A stretch of 64,000 nt of DNA from an uncultured bacterium (GTDB taxonomy: Bacteria > Krumholzibacteriota > Krumholzibacteriia > JACNKJ01): the NCBI GenBank assembly GCA_964410395.1, contig CAYPGS010000018.1, positions 1 through 64,000 on the forward strand, read 5' to 3'. Positions 17,949 to 26,217 of the stretch are shown here, in pieces. Below the pieces are notes generated by a model, which saw only the letters and a list, made by a program, of their open reading frames with translations, did not search any database and had not been told where the DNA came from. The position numbers and the translations under genes were made by a program. Within the stretch, counting starts at the first letter, position 1. Each line of letters starts with the position of its first letter.

Positions 17949-19178
17949 ATGGCCGATTCCCGGATCTGGGTCGAAGTTTATACCAACGGTGAGAACTACC
18001 AGGTGCGAGCGTCTTCGAAAGGCGCGAAGCTGTTCCGGGAGGGTCTCAACATCGACTCGGCCAAGGACGCCTTGGCTCGCATGGACGACTACGCCGACCT
18101 CCGCAACGACGACTACTTCACCGCGGCGAACGGCGACATCTGCTTCGCCTGCGGGTCCGGTCGGCTAGCCCTCATCGCCGAGCTGATGCGCGAGGAAGGC
18201 ATCAAGGTTCGCGAGGGCGAGAACCTTCTTCCGGACGAGGAAGAGACCAAGCGCATCCTCGAGCGCGAGGGCGCCTTCGGCGAAGAGCTCGCCCACCTGC
18301 TCGACCAGAACCTCCCCTTCTACAAGCGCGGACCCAAGGCTCTCATCGTGGGTACGGCCATGCGCCTGGGCATCCTCATCGTCATCCTGGTGGCGGCCCG
18401 AATCATCTCGCTGAGAAACTCCGACCACTACACCGCGCGCAGCTTCCCCGCGGTCCTTTCGACCCTCGACAGGGAATTCGAGCCCCAGACCTACTTCAGC
18501 TACTTCGCCAAGCCGGTTTACACCCATCGCTCCCTGCTCAAGGTGAAGAAACCCCTCTACATCCGCGGAAACAGGATGATTCTCGAAGGCGGCTACTTCG
18601 TCGAGATCGAAGGCGTTCAGAACCTGAAGGCTTCCATCGAGCGACGCGGCGGAGCGCCTCTGGAAATCCGTATCGACGCTCGCGAGGGCGAACTCAAGAT
18701 GACGAGCCTGCACGTGGGCGATGAGATCGTGGCCCACAAGGGCAAGGTGAACTTCCTCACCCGCATCCCGCTTTCGCCGCTTCCCCTGCGCATCGATCCC
18801 ACCAGCCAGCGCGTGGGCTACCGCAAGGTCAACGACGCCGATCCCCGCAACGAGGAAAGTTTCGAGTGGATGCTCGGCCAGAAGATCAGCATGATCTGCC
18901 GCGTCCAGAGCGACGGCGACCGCTTCCTGGCCTCGGGTTCGGACGGCGAGTTCAAGTTCGCCATCCCCAAGAGCGAGATCAAACCCGTAATCAACGACAT
19001 CCTGGAGATGGCCGTTGCGGCCGATGAGCGCGTCATCCTCGACATGCGCCTGGACGGCAACGCCTACCCGCTGCGCAACCGCCGCAATCCGCGCGAGCAG
19101 CGCCGCGATCTGAATCTGATCACTCGCGGCACTCTGCACTTCGCGCAGGTGCAGGGCGCGGTGATGAAGAACCTCTAG
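17949..19178 (+). CDS. Hypothetical single-pass membrane protein
   Basis: ATG 17949 with a GGCGGAGG SD. One TM segment (ALIVGTAMRLGILIVILVAARII). No recognisable family. Confidence 0.5.
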   Translation: MADSRIWVEVYTNGENYQVRASSKGAKLFREGLNIDSAKDALARMDDYADLRNDDYFTAANGDICFACGSGRLALIAELMREEGIKVREGENLLPDEEETKRILEREGAFGEELAHLLDQNLPFYKRGPKALIVGTAMRLGILIVILVAARIISLRNSDHYTARSFPAVLSTLDREFEPQTYFSYFAKPVYTHRSLLKVKKPLYIRGNRMILEGGYFVEIEGVQNLKASIERRGGAPLEIRIDAREGELKMTSLHVGDEIVAHKGKVNFLTRIPLSPLPLRIDPTSQRVGYRKVNDADPRNEESFEWMLGQKISMICRVQSDGDRFLASGSDGEFKFAIPKSEIKPVINDILEMAVAADERVILDMRLDGNAYPLRNRRNPREQRRDLNLITRGTLHFAQVQGAVMKNL

Positions 19179-19185
19179 GATTGCC

Positions 19186-19593
19186 ATGGGCGAATCCCCC
19201 GCACTGGCCATTCTCCTGACCAGCGGGACTCTCGACAAGATCGTTTCCGCATGCTACCTGGCGGCCAGCGGCATCGCCATGGGCCGCCGCGTTGACTTCT
19301 TCCTCTCCTGGGAACCCCTGCTCAGGCTCAACGAGGGCAGTCTCGGCGAAGCTCCCCTTCCCGAAACCACCATGCTGGAAGACGCCGCCGTGCGGGCGGC
19401 CATGGACGGGCAGCCCGGCCCCGACCAGCTGCTCGCCGACCTTCGCGCCTCGGGTCTGAAGATCTACGCCTGCACGGCCACCATGCAGATGCTCGGCCTC
19501 AGCGAGCGCGACCTGGAAGACAAGGTCGACGACTTCAGCGGCGCCACGGCCTTCCTGGCCATGGCAGGCGGCAGCCAGGTGGTCAACTTCTAG
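19186..19593 (+). CDS. DsrE/DsrF-like family protein
   Basis: 135 aa. LAILLTSGTLDKIVSACYLAASGIAMGRRVDFFLSWE...KIYACTATMQMLGL resembles DsrE_2/peroxiredoxin-like sulfur-relay fold proteins. Confidence 0.6.
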   Translation: MGESPALAILLTSGTLDKIVSACYLAASGIAMGRRVDFFLSWEPLLRLNEGSLGEAPLPETTMLEDAAVRAAMDGQPGPDQLLADLRASGLKIYACTATMQMLGLSERDLEDKVDDFSGATAFLAMAGGSQVVNF

Positions 19594-20540
19594 CTCGCGT
19601 GCTGTCGGCGGAAGTTGCCGGGCGAGACTCCCCACATTCGCTTGAACACCTTGCTGAACGCGGCTTCCGCCCCGTAGCCCACCCTGGCCGCGATTTCCCC
19701 CAGACTCAGCTTCTCGTTTCTGAGGTGATCGGCCGCAAGCTGCATCCTCCAGCGCGTGATGTACTTGAGGGGAGGCTCCCCGACGAGTTCGCTGAATCGA
19801 CCGGAGAATGCCGACCGACTCATTCCCACCCGCGTGGCGAGTGCATCCACGGTCCAGTTTTCCTGGGGTAGATGATGGATGTAACCCAAGGCTTCGCCGA
19901 TCTTGGGATCCTTGAGCCCCGCCAGCCAATTGGGACCGGTTTCGTCCGAGGCGGGATCGTCCAGGTAGCTGCGGATCACGCGGATGAAGAGGGTCTCGGT
20001 CAGGCGATCGATGAGCACCTCGCTACCGGGACGCGCCGCGCAGGATTCCTCGGCGATGAGGTTCAGCGTCGACTCGAGCCATGGCTGGGCGCGCCCGCCC
20101 TCACCCTTGAGCAGGATCATGGAGGGCAGCACCGCGAGAAGGGGATGCACCTGACTCGGGTCGAAGCGGAAATAGCCACAGATGAGGGTGCAGGCTTCAC
20201 CACCGCCGCCGAAGATCAGTGAGCAGGACTCGCCGCCAGACTGCATGTCCGCGAGCAGATCGCCCAGGGGCTGGGTTGGCGTGCTGGGGTCGTCCACCAG
20301 GTCGTGAGGGGAACCTCCGGGGAGCACGACCATGTCGCCGGCTTCCAGTAGCTGGGTCTCGCGGCCCTCGACCATCAGGTAGCATCGACCCCGGCGGATG
20401 ATGTGGAAGTGGGCAGAGTCGTGCTGAGGCACCTCCATGCCCCAGGGGGCACGGGGCTCGCTGCGACAGAAGAGGCTACCGCTCAGATGGACTGATCTCA
20501 GAACGTCCGATAGCGCATCCATTTGTCCGAATACCTCCAT
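19590..20540 (-). CDS. AraC-family transcriptional regulator with N-terminal cupin domain
   Basis: 316 aa. Cupin part HFHIIRRGRCYLMVEG..GDMVVLPGG. C-terminal HTH WTVDALATRVGMSRSAFSGRFSELVGEPPLKYITRWRMQLAADHL...IAARVGYGAEAAFSKVFKR. Confidence 0.85.
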   Translation of the reverse strand: MEVFGQMDALSDVLRSVHLSGSLFCRSEPRAPWGMEVPQHDSAHFHIIRRGRCYLMVEGRETQLLEAGDMVVLPGGSPHDLVDDPSTPTQPLGDLLADMQSGGESCSLIFGGGGEACTLICGYFRFDPSQVHPLLAVLPSMILLKGEGGRAQPWLESTLNLIAEESCAARPGSEVLIDRLTETLFIRVIRSYLDDPASDETGPNWLAGLKDPKIGEALGYIHHLPQENWTVDALATRVGMSRSAFSGRFSELVGEPPLKYITRWRMQLAADHLRNEKLSLGEIAARVGYGAEAAFSKVFKRMWGVSPGNFRRQHAS

Positions 20541-20645
20541 CTACATTGGATGATTGGACATGTATTATAGACGAATCACCATTGTTCCGCCAGGGGCTGC
20601 GACGCATATTGGGGAAGGAAATCGAACCCGAACCAAGGAGACACT

Positions 20646-21536
20646 ATGCGCATCGTCGTCACCACCCCCACCGGAAACATCGGATCGAAACTCAGCGAGC
20701 GCCTCCTCGAGGCCGGCCAGGACCTGGTGGTCGTGGCCCGCGACGCTGCCAAGGTCGCGGCCCTGGCCGAGCGTGGCGCAGAAGTCATCGTGGGCAGCCA
20801 CGCTGATCCCGAGATCATGAAGCTAGCGACCCAGGGCGCTGACGCCCTCTTCCTTGTCGCTCCGCCCAACATGGTCAGCGAAGACCTGGTCTCGGAGTAC
20901 AGGAACTACGCCGAAGCGGCGGCCGAGGCCATTCGCGCCAACAAGATCGACCACGTCGTCCACCTCTCCAGCGTTGGAGCGGAAAAGGACGGCGGTACGG
21001 GCCCCATTCTCGGCCTGCACCACAACGAGAAGATTCTGGCCGAGGTCGCCGAGAACATCGTGCAGCTGCGGCCCGGTTACTTCATGGAGAACACCCTCTG
21101 GCAGGCTCAGAGCATCCAGCAGGCGGGCTCCATGTTCACGAGCTTCCAGGATGATACGCCCATCCCCATGATCGCGACGGCCGACATCGCCGAGCGCGCG
21201 GCGGAGCTGCTGACGCGATCGGACTGGGAGGGTGAGAAGATCGTCGAGCTTCAGGGACCGGAAGACATTAGCTACGGCCAGATCGCCGGGATCCTGACCG
21301 AGGTGCTCGAGAAGCCTGTTGCTCACACTACGGTTAGCTCCGAGCAGCTGAAGGAGAGCCTGGCGCAGATGGGAGCGAGTGCGCATATCGGTGACCTGTT
21401 CGTGGAGCTGGCCGAAGGCGTCGAATCGAAGCACGTGGCCTTCCAAGAACCTCGCGGATCCGAGACCCGCACGCCCACGGACTATCGCCAGTTTGCGGAG
21501 ACTGTCTTCAAAATGGTCATGACCGCCAGCGCCTAA
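20646..21536 (+). CDS. NmrA-like NAD(P)-binding (atypical SDR) protein
   Basis: MRIVVTTPTGNIGSKLSERLLEAG Rossmann motif. Divergent from the AraC gene. Confidence 0.8.
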   Translation: MRIVVTTPTGNIGSKLSERLLEAGQDLVVVARDAAKVAALAERGAEVIVGSHADPEIMKLATQGADALFLVAPPNMVSEDLVSEYRNYAEAAAEAIRANKIDHVVHLSSVGAEKDGGTGPILGLHHNEKILAEVAENIVQLRPGYFMENTLWQAQSIQQAGSMFTSFQDDTPIPMIATADIAERAAELLTRSDWEGEKIVELQGPEDISYGQIAGILTEVLEKPVAHTTVSSEQLKESLAQMGASAHIGDLFVELAEGVESKHVAFQEPRGSETRTPTDYRQFAETVFKMVMTASA

Positions 21537-21555
21537 ACCGAATGGAGCCCGCCGC

Positions 21556-21580
21556 AAGGCGGGCTTTTTCATGTCTCGGC
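21556..21580 (+). terminator. Rho-independent terminator
   Basis: AGCCCGCC-gcaa-GGCGGGCT followed by TTTTTC. Confidence 0.75.
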
Positions 21581-21648
21581 GAAGCTCCCTCCAATATCGT
21601 GCTAGACTGATTGGGTAGACGATCCAGCACTGCAGCGGGGAGGAGGGG

Positions 21649-22647
21649 ATGATGCCGAGATTCGCCTTGCTTGCCCTTTTCGCAATGGCCAACGCCGTCG
21701 GTGTTTCTGCGGGGGATCTCTCGGGGGGACCGGTCCGGCAGGGCGGCGACACCATCGAACAGGCCACGATCATTCCCGGCCTGCCCTTCCACGCCACGGG
21801 CTCCACGGTGGGCTTCGAGAACGACTACGAAGAGGAATGTCCCTGGTCGGGCGGAACTGCGGCCGACGTGGTCTATGTCTATTCGCCCAGCGTGGACGTG
21901 ACCATCGACATCAGCAGCTGCGGCCCCCTCTACGACACCAAGCTCTACGTCTACGAAGATGAGTTCACGCCCGGCGCACCCCTGGCCTGCAATGACGATC
22001 TCGCCGGCTGCCCCGAGCAGCTCTACGTGGCCTGGATTCGCGGGGTCGGGCTAGTGGGCGGGCACGACTACTATATCGTCGTGGACGGCTGGGCGAATCA
22101 CTCGGGCGGCTACTGGCTCCACGTCGTCGAGTCGCCCGTCGGCGAGACCTGCGATCCGACGGACTATCCCGTGCTCCCCTTCTTCGAGGACGAGACGGAC
22201 TGTCACGACGACTACGTGGACGAGTTCAACAGCGGTTGCGAGAGCCCGCTCGAACCCTTCACCCATGTGCCGTCCACTGTGCTTATCGCGGGAAAGAGCG
22301 GAACCTTCAACGGAAACACGAGCATGGATAGCGACTGGTACCAGATCCTCGTCGAACACAGCTCCACCGTGACCTTCCTCGCCTGCGCGGGCTATCCCAT
22401 GACTGTTTGGCTCTTCGAGGGAGGGCCCTCCTGCCCGCCCACCGACGTGCTCAGCCAGGTTGGCGGCGATCCCTTCCTCGTGTTCGGGGATGGCGTCGAT
22501 GTCGAGCCGGGACCCTACTGGTTCGCGGTCCACCCCACCGAGCAATGGGGCACGCCCTGCGGCGCGGACTATCTGCTCTACATCGAGACCCACACTTCTG
22601 CATCCCGGTTGATGGACTGGGGAGCGCTGAAATCCATGTATCGGTAG
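21649..22647 (+). CDS. Secreted protein with two PPC (pre-peptidase C-terminal)-like domains and a ...DWGALKSMYR tail
   Basis: Signal peptide MMPRFALLALFAMANAVGVSA. Domain motifs are GDTIEQATII...YYIVVDGW and DSDWYQILVEHSSTVTF. GGAGGAGG SD. Confidence 0.7.
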   Translation: MMPRFALLALFAMANAVGVSAGDLSGGPVRQGGDTIEQATIIPGLPFHATGSTVGFENDYEEECPWSGGTAADVVYVYSPSVDVTIDISSCGPLYDTKLYVYEDEFTPGAPLACNDDLAGCPEQLYVAWIRGVGLVGGHDYYIVVDGWANHSGGYWLHVVESPVGETCDPTDYPVLPFFEDETDCHDDYVDEFNSGCESPLEPFTHVPSTVLIAGKSGTFNGNTSMDSDWYQILVEHSSTVTFLACAGYPMTVWLFEGGPSCPPTDVLSQVGGDPFLVFGDGVDVEPGPYWFAVHPTEQWGTPCGADYLLYIETHTSASRLMDWGALKSMYR

Positions 22648-22736
22648 CCTAAAGAATATTCGGTCAGGCAATTGCGCTCAAGCCGATCTCCCTGCTACAC
22701 TATTCAAGATTGTACACGTGTACAGGGAGGTGCGGA

Positions 22737-23416
22737 ATGCGGATCCGTTTCGCTGCCATCGGCTTGCTCATTCTTCTCGGCCCGGCCTGGGCCAGACCCT
22801 CACGAAAGATGGATTCATCAATCCCGGCTCGGGGGATCCAAATTGGCGAGATGTTCGAAGCCTGGTCAACGACGGAAGCTTCGAGTTCGGTGAGTGCGAG
22901 TCGGGAAGCGAGTGGACCTGCTGGAGCACAACTAGTTGCGAGTGGATCGTCAACCCGATCGATACGTGGGGTTATCCGGCCTACGATGGAATCAATGCCG
23001 CTTGGTTAGGAGGATTCTGCGATGGAAAGGCCAACAACAACTCCTATTGCCAGGAGTATTTTAACGCCTGCATGCATCTGAACTTCTATTTTTCAAGTTA
23101 CATAAACTCTGGATGCAGCCAGTTCACTATCACGATGCGCGGAAACACAGTCCATTCCAGGACAATGGAATTCGATGACCACAACTATGGAACTTGGGAG
23201 ACCGCGGCTTCCTACTGGGGACTAATCGATATATCAGCCTACATCGGCATGACCTCGGAACTGTGCTTTTTGTGGACCGCGTGCGGGGAAGACACAAACG
23301 GCGACGGCTACCCCGATGAGGACAATGACAACATACTCATCGATTGTATCTACGGTTCTGAGTGCCAGTTGCCAACCGAAGTCTACAGTTTCTCTTTAGT
23401 CAAAACCCTGTACTAA
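22737..23416 (+). pseudogene. Cys-rich secreted protein (paralogue of 23507..24145), -1 frameshifted after the signal peptide; tail ...FSLVKTLY
   Basis: AGGGAGG SD, ATG 22737 and signal peptide MRIRFAAIGLLILLGPAWA are in frame 3. The homologous mature domain (DGSFEFGECESGSEWTCW...) is in frame 2 (track ORF 22718..23416). Confidence 0.65.
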
Positions 23417-23506
23417 GATTATCACGATGGAAACCAGTTGTATGACTTCTACAGAGGAGACATCCCATACCATCGTGAAGACTCTGTACTAGTGTTGGGA
23501 GGAGCA

Positions 23507-24145
23507 ATGAATCCTTCAAAAGCGATTCTAATCCTACTAGTCGTCACGACTTTTCCTACGGCAGCCGCCTCGACTGTGCAACGAGACTGGACCGTCCCCG
23601 ACTACAGCTTCGAGAATGGTCTCTGCGGTGAAGGCAGCGACTGGACCTGCTGGAGCAGCACCGACTGCCAGTGGATCATCGACGCGGAAGATGTCTGGGG
23701 AGTGCCCGCGGTGCATGGCGAGAACGTCGCCTGGCTGGGCGCCTACTGCAACGGCCTCGCCAACAACAACTCCTTCTGCCAGACCCTGTTCATCCCATGC
23801 TTCCAATATGACTTTCACTGGATGGCCTACATCATGGCGGCCTGTGGCACTCTGACCATCACCCTGGACGGCGAGGTCCGTCTTCAGCACACGATGAACG
23901 AGTCCGACCACAGCTACGGCGAATGGCAGAAAGCTTCCGAGACCTGGGGCAGCATAGACACCTCCTACGAGTATGGAGGCTATGCCACCTTCTGCATCGA
24001 GTGGACCGCCTGCGGAGGAGATCTCGACGGCGACGGATGGCCCGACACCCTGAACGACAGCGTGATCATCGATGTGATCCAGGGCGATGGTTGTGAGGTG
24101 CCCGTCCAGACACTGAGCTTCTCGGCGGTCAAAAGCCTCTACTAG
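23507..24145 (+). CDS. Cys-rich secreted protein, tail ...FSAVKSLY
   Basis: GGGAGGAG SD and ATG 23507. Signal peptide MNPSKAILILLVVTTFPTAAA. Aligns along its whole length with 22737..23416 (DWTCWSSTDCQWII / EWTCWSTTSCEWIV; ANNNSFCQ / ANNNSYCQ). Confidence 0.75.
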   Translation: MNPSKAILILLVVTTFPTAAASTVQRDWTVPDYSFENGLCGEGSDWTCWSSTDCQWIIDAEDVWGVPAVHGENVAWLGAYCNGLANNNSFCQTLFIPCFQYDFHWMAYIMAACGTLTITLDGEVRLQHTMNESDHSYGEWQKASETWGSIDTSYEYGGYATFCIEWTACGGDLDGDGWPDTLNDSVIIDVIQGDGCEVPVQTLSFSAVKSLY

Positions 24146-24149
24146 CCAC

Positions 24150-24177
24150 AAAAAAAGCCCGCCGCTTCTGGCGGGCT
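24150..24177 (-). terminator. Rho-independent terminator (bidirectional hairpin between convergent genes)
   Basis: AAAAAA-AGCCCGCC-gcttct-GGCGGGCT. It reads as hairpin plus a U-run on the minus strand. Confidence 0.75.
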
Positions 24178-24198
24178 CCCGATTCGACTCAAACACAT

Positions 24199-24924
24199 CT
24201 AGCGATACAGCGCCTTGATGGTGCTCCAGTCGGTGCTCTCTGAGGCCGTGGCTTCCTCTTCCACCGAGAAAGCGTCCAGGTGGATCCAGGCCTCGTAGCC
24301 GTCGGCCACCCGCACGGTGAGATAGTCGCCGCCCACCGGCGCCACGAATCCACCGACCACGTGGGTCCAGCCGCCGGTGCCCGAGGCCGCGACGAAGGCC
24401 AGGGTTCCGAAGCTGGCGTCGCTGGCCGAGATGCCCACCTCGACCACGCCGACGTCGGGGTCAAAGTCCAGATTGGACTCGGCGTAGAACTCGATGGTGT
24501 AGGCGGTGCCCGCGACGATGGACGAGGACAGGCCGAAGGAGAAGGCGTCGGTCACGCCGCCCGTGACCGCAGTCCTATGGATGGAGATCTTCGACACGCC
24601 GCTGGCCGGCGCGCTGGCATAGCCGCAGCTGGTGCCGTCGTTCATGACGTCGATCTCGTCCGCGCCGCCGAAGGCGACGATGTCGGACATGCCTGCGGTC
24701 ACGGTCGCATTGGCCAGATTGAAGTTGCAGCCGGCGGCGATGGTGGTGGCTTCGAAGTCGCCGTTCAGGATGATGTTCGAGCGTTCGCTGGAGCTGGGGG
24801 GCGACTCCGCGGGAATCTCGATCTCGGTGCTCTCAAGCGGCGATGAAGTGCCCTCAAACGCGAAGGCCGAAGCGGTCAATCCGAAGAGTGAGAACATGGC
24901 AAACAATACGATCAGTTTCTTCAT
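24199..24924 (-). CDS. Secreted protein, tail ...DWSTIKALYR
   Basis: Start at ATG 24924. Signal peptide MKKLIVLFAMFSLFGLTASAFA. Beta-rich sequence. Confidence 0.7.
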   Translation of the reverse strand: MKKLIVLFAMFSLFGLTASAFAFEGTSSPLESTEIEIPAESPPSSSERSNIILNGDFEATTIAAGCNFNLANATVTAGMSDIVAFGGADEIDVMNDGTSCGYASAPASGVSKISIHRTAVTGGVTDAFSFGLSSSIVAGTAYTIEFYAESNLDFDPDVGVVEVGISASDASFGTLAFVAASGTGGWTHVVGGFVAPVGGDYLTVRVADGYEAWIHLDAFSVEEEATASESTDWSTIKALYR

Positions 24925-25125
24925 CTTGGACCATCCTTGTTGAGACGGGTGAGGGGAGGATGGTTTCATCCTCGCGAAACAAGGCTAGCAAGGCTATTCG
25001 AAAAGATGAAGAAAATTCGCCATACTTGATTATCGGGCCCATGGGATATCAAGGCCTGAGAAATGAAAGCCGGGCTAAGCCGTTTGAACCGAGGGAAATA
25101 CGTTCGACTCGGATGTGCAGTGGCC

Positions 25126-26010
25126 TCAGTCCACCTCTTCGGCGCCCTTCAGTTCGAAGTAGCGCCCTTCGAAGAAGTATCCCAGCTTGGGCGGACGCCC
25201 GTAGCGCGCCGCAGCGGAGTCGATGGCGCCGAGGATATCCCGCTTGAGATAGCGCCCCGACAGGTGCATGAGCACCAGGTGCTTCACGCCGGCCTCGGCG
25301 GCCGCGCGGAAACTGGCCTCGATGTGGCCGTGGCTCATGCGGCTCTCTTTCATCTCATCAGAGTTCAGAAAGGTCGAATCGATGAGCAGGGTCTCGGCGC
25401 CGCGCAGCTCGGTGACGTCCTCCACCGGCCGCGTGTCCCCGGTATAGACCAGCAGCGGATGCCAGACCGCTTCGAGGACGGCCTCCTTGCCCTTCTCCTG
25501 AACCAGGCGCCGGATCTCGTCGCCGTCCGCGCCCGCGAATTCGGTTTTGGGAGCGTGGCGCTTCTCCTCGATGCGCCAGCCCAGCGCCTGCCATCCCCGG
25601 GTGTGATCCACGGCGAAGGAACGTACGCGGGTGCGGCGTCGGGTGACCTCCACGTCCACCGTCGCCCCGGGGCCGACGGGATGCCAGTCCAGGTCGTAGC
25701 GCAGGCGATGCTTCTGTTTCTTGTCGAGGTACTCGCGGAGGTATCCGATGAAGGGATCGCCCTCGGGATAGTACACCGCGATGGGGATCTCGCGGTCGCC
25801 GTTGCTCAGGTTGCGCAGATTGACCACGCTGGGCAGCCCCGCGATGTGGTCCTCATGGCCATGGGTGAGGAAGACCTTTCGGATGCCGAAGATCTTCTTG
25901 CCCAGGGCCTGGGATATGCCCTCCCCCGCGTCCAGCATGAGCCGGGCGGGCTTGTAGTAGAACCAGGTGGAGTAGAGGGCCTTGGAGTAGCCGGTCAGCG
26001 TGTTCTGCAT
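25126..26010 (-). CDS. MBL-fold metallo-hydrolase (RNase Z/ElaC-like)
   Basis: 294 aa. LMLDAGEG...VFLTHGHEDHIAGLP (HxHxDH) and a C-terminal HLSGRY motif. Confidence 0.75.
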   Translation of the reverse strand: MQNTLTGYSKALYSTWFYYKPARLMLDAGEGISQALGKKIFGIRKVFLTHGHEDHIAGLPSVVNLRNLSNGDREIPIAVYYPEGDPFIGYLREYLDKKQKHRLRYDLDWHPVGPGATVDVEVTRRRTRVRSFAVDHTRGWQALGWRIEEKRHAPKTEFAGADGDEIRRLVQEKGKEAVLEAVWHPLLVYTGDTRPVEDVTELRGAETLLIDSTFLNSDEMKESRMSHGHIEASFRAAAEAGVKHLVLMHLSGRYLKRDILGAIDSAAARYGRPPKLGYFFEGRYFELKGAEEVD

Positions 26011-26217
26011 AGGGGCCTACCATAGTTTCCAGCCTACCGGGGCGCAAGGGTCCGACTTGAAGGATTCCGTTCCCTCGACTAAGCGGCAAAATTCAGAAAT
26101 CACAGATAACTCTTTTGTATTCAATCACTTAGGAAAAACTCCGGGTGCCCATGATCGAGCTTGTTTGGTATTATGAAGATTACTCACCCATAGACGATCC
26201 AGCACCATGGAGGCAAC

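Noticed and set aside
22790-22870. Programmed -1 ribosomal frameshifting for the two frameshifted secreted-protein genes (also 59515..59530)
   Set aside because: I could find no X-XXY-YYZ slippery heptamer in the zero frame near either junction, and no obvious downstream pseudoknot. A 1-nt deletion in a short homopolymer (CCC to CC, AA to A) is the simpler explanation.
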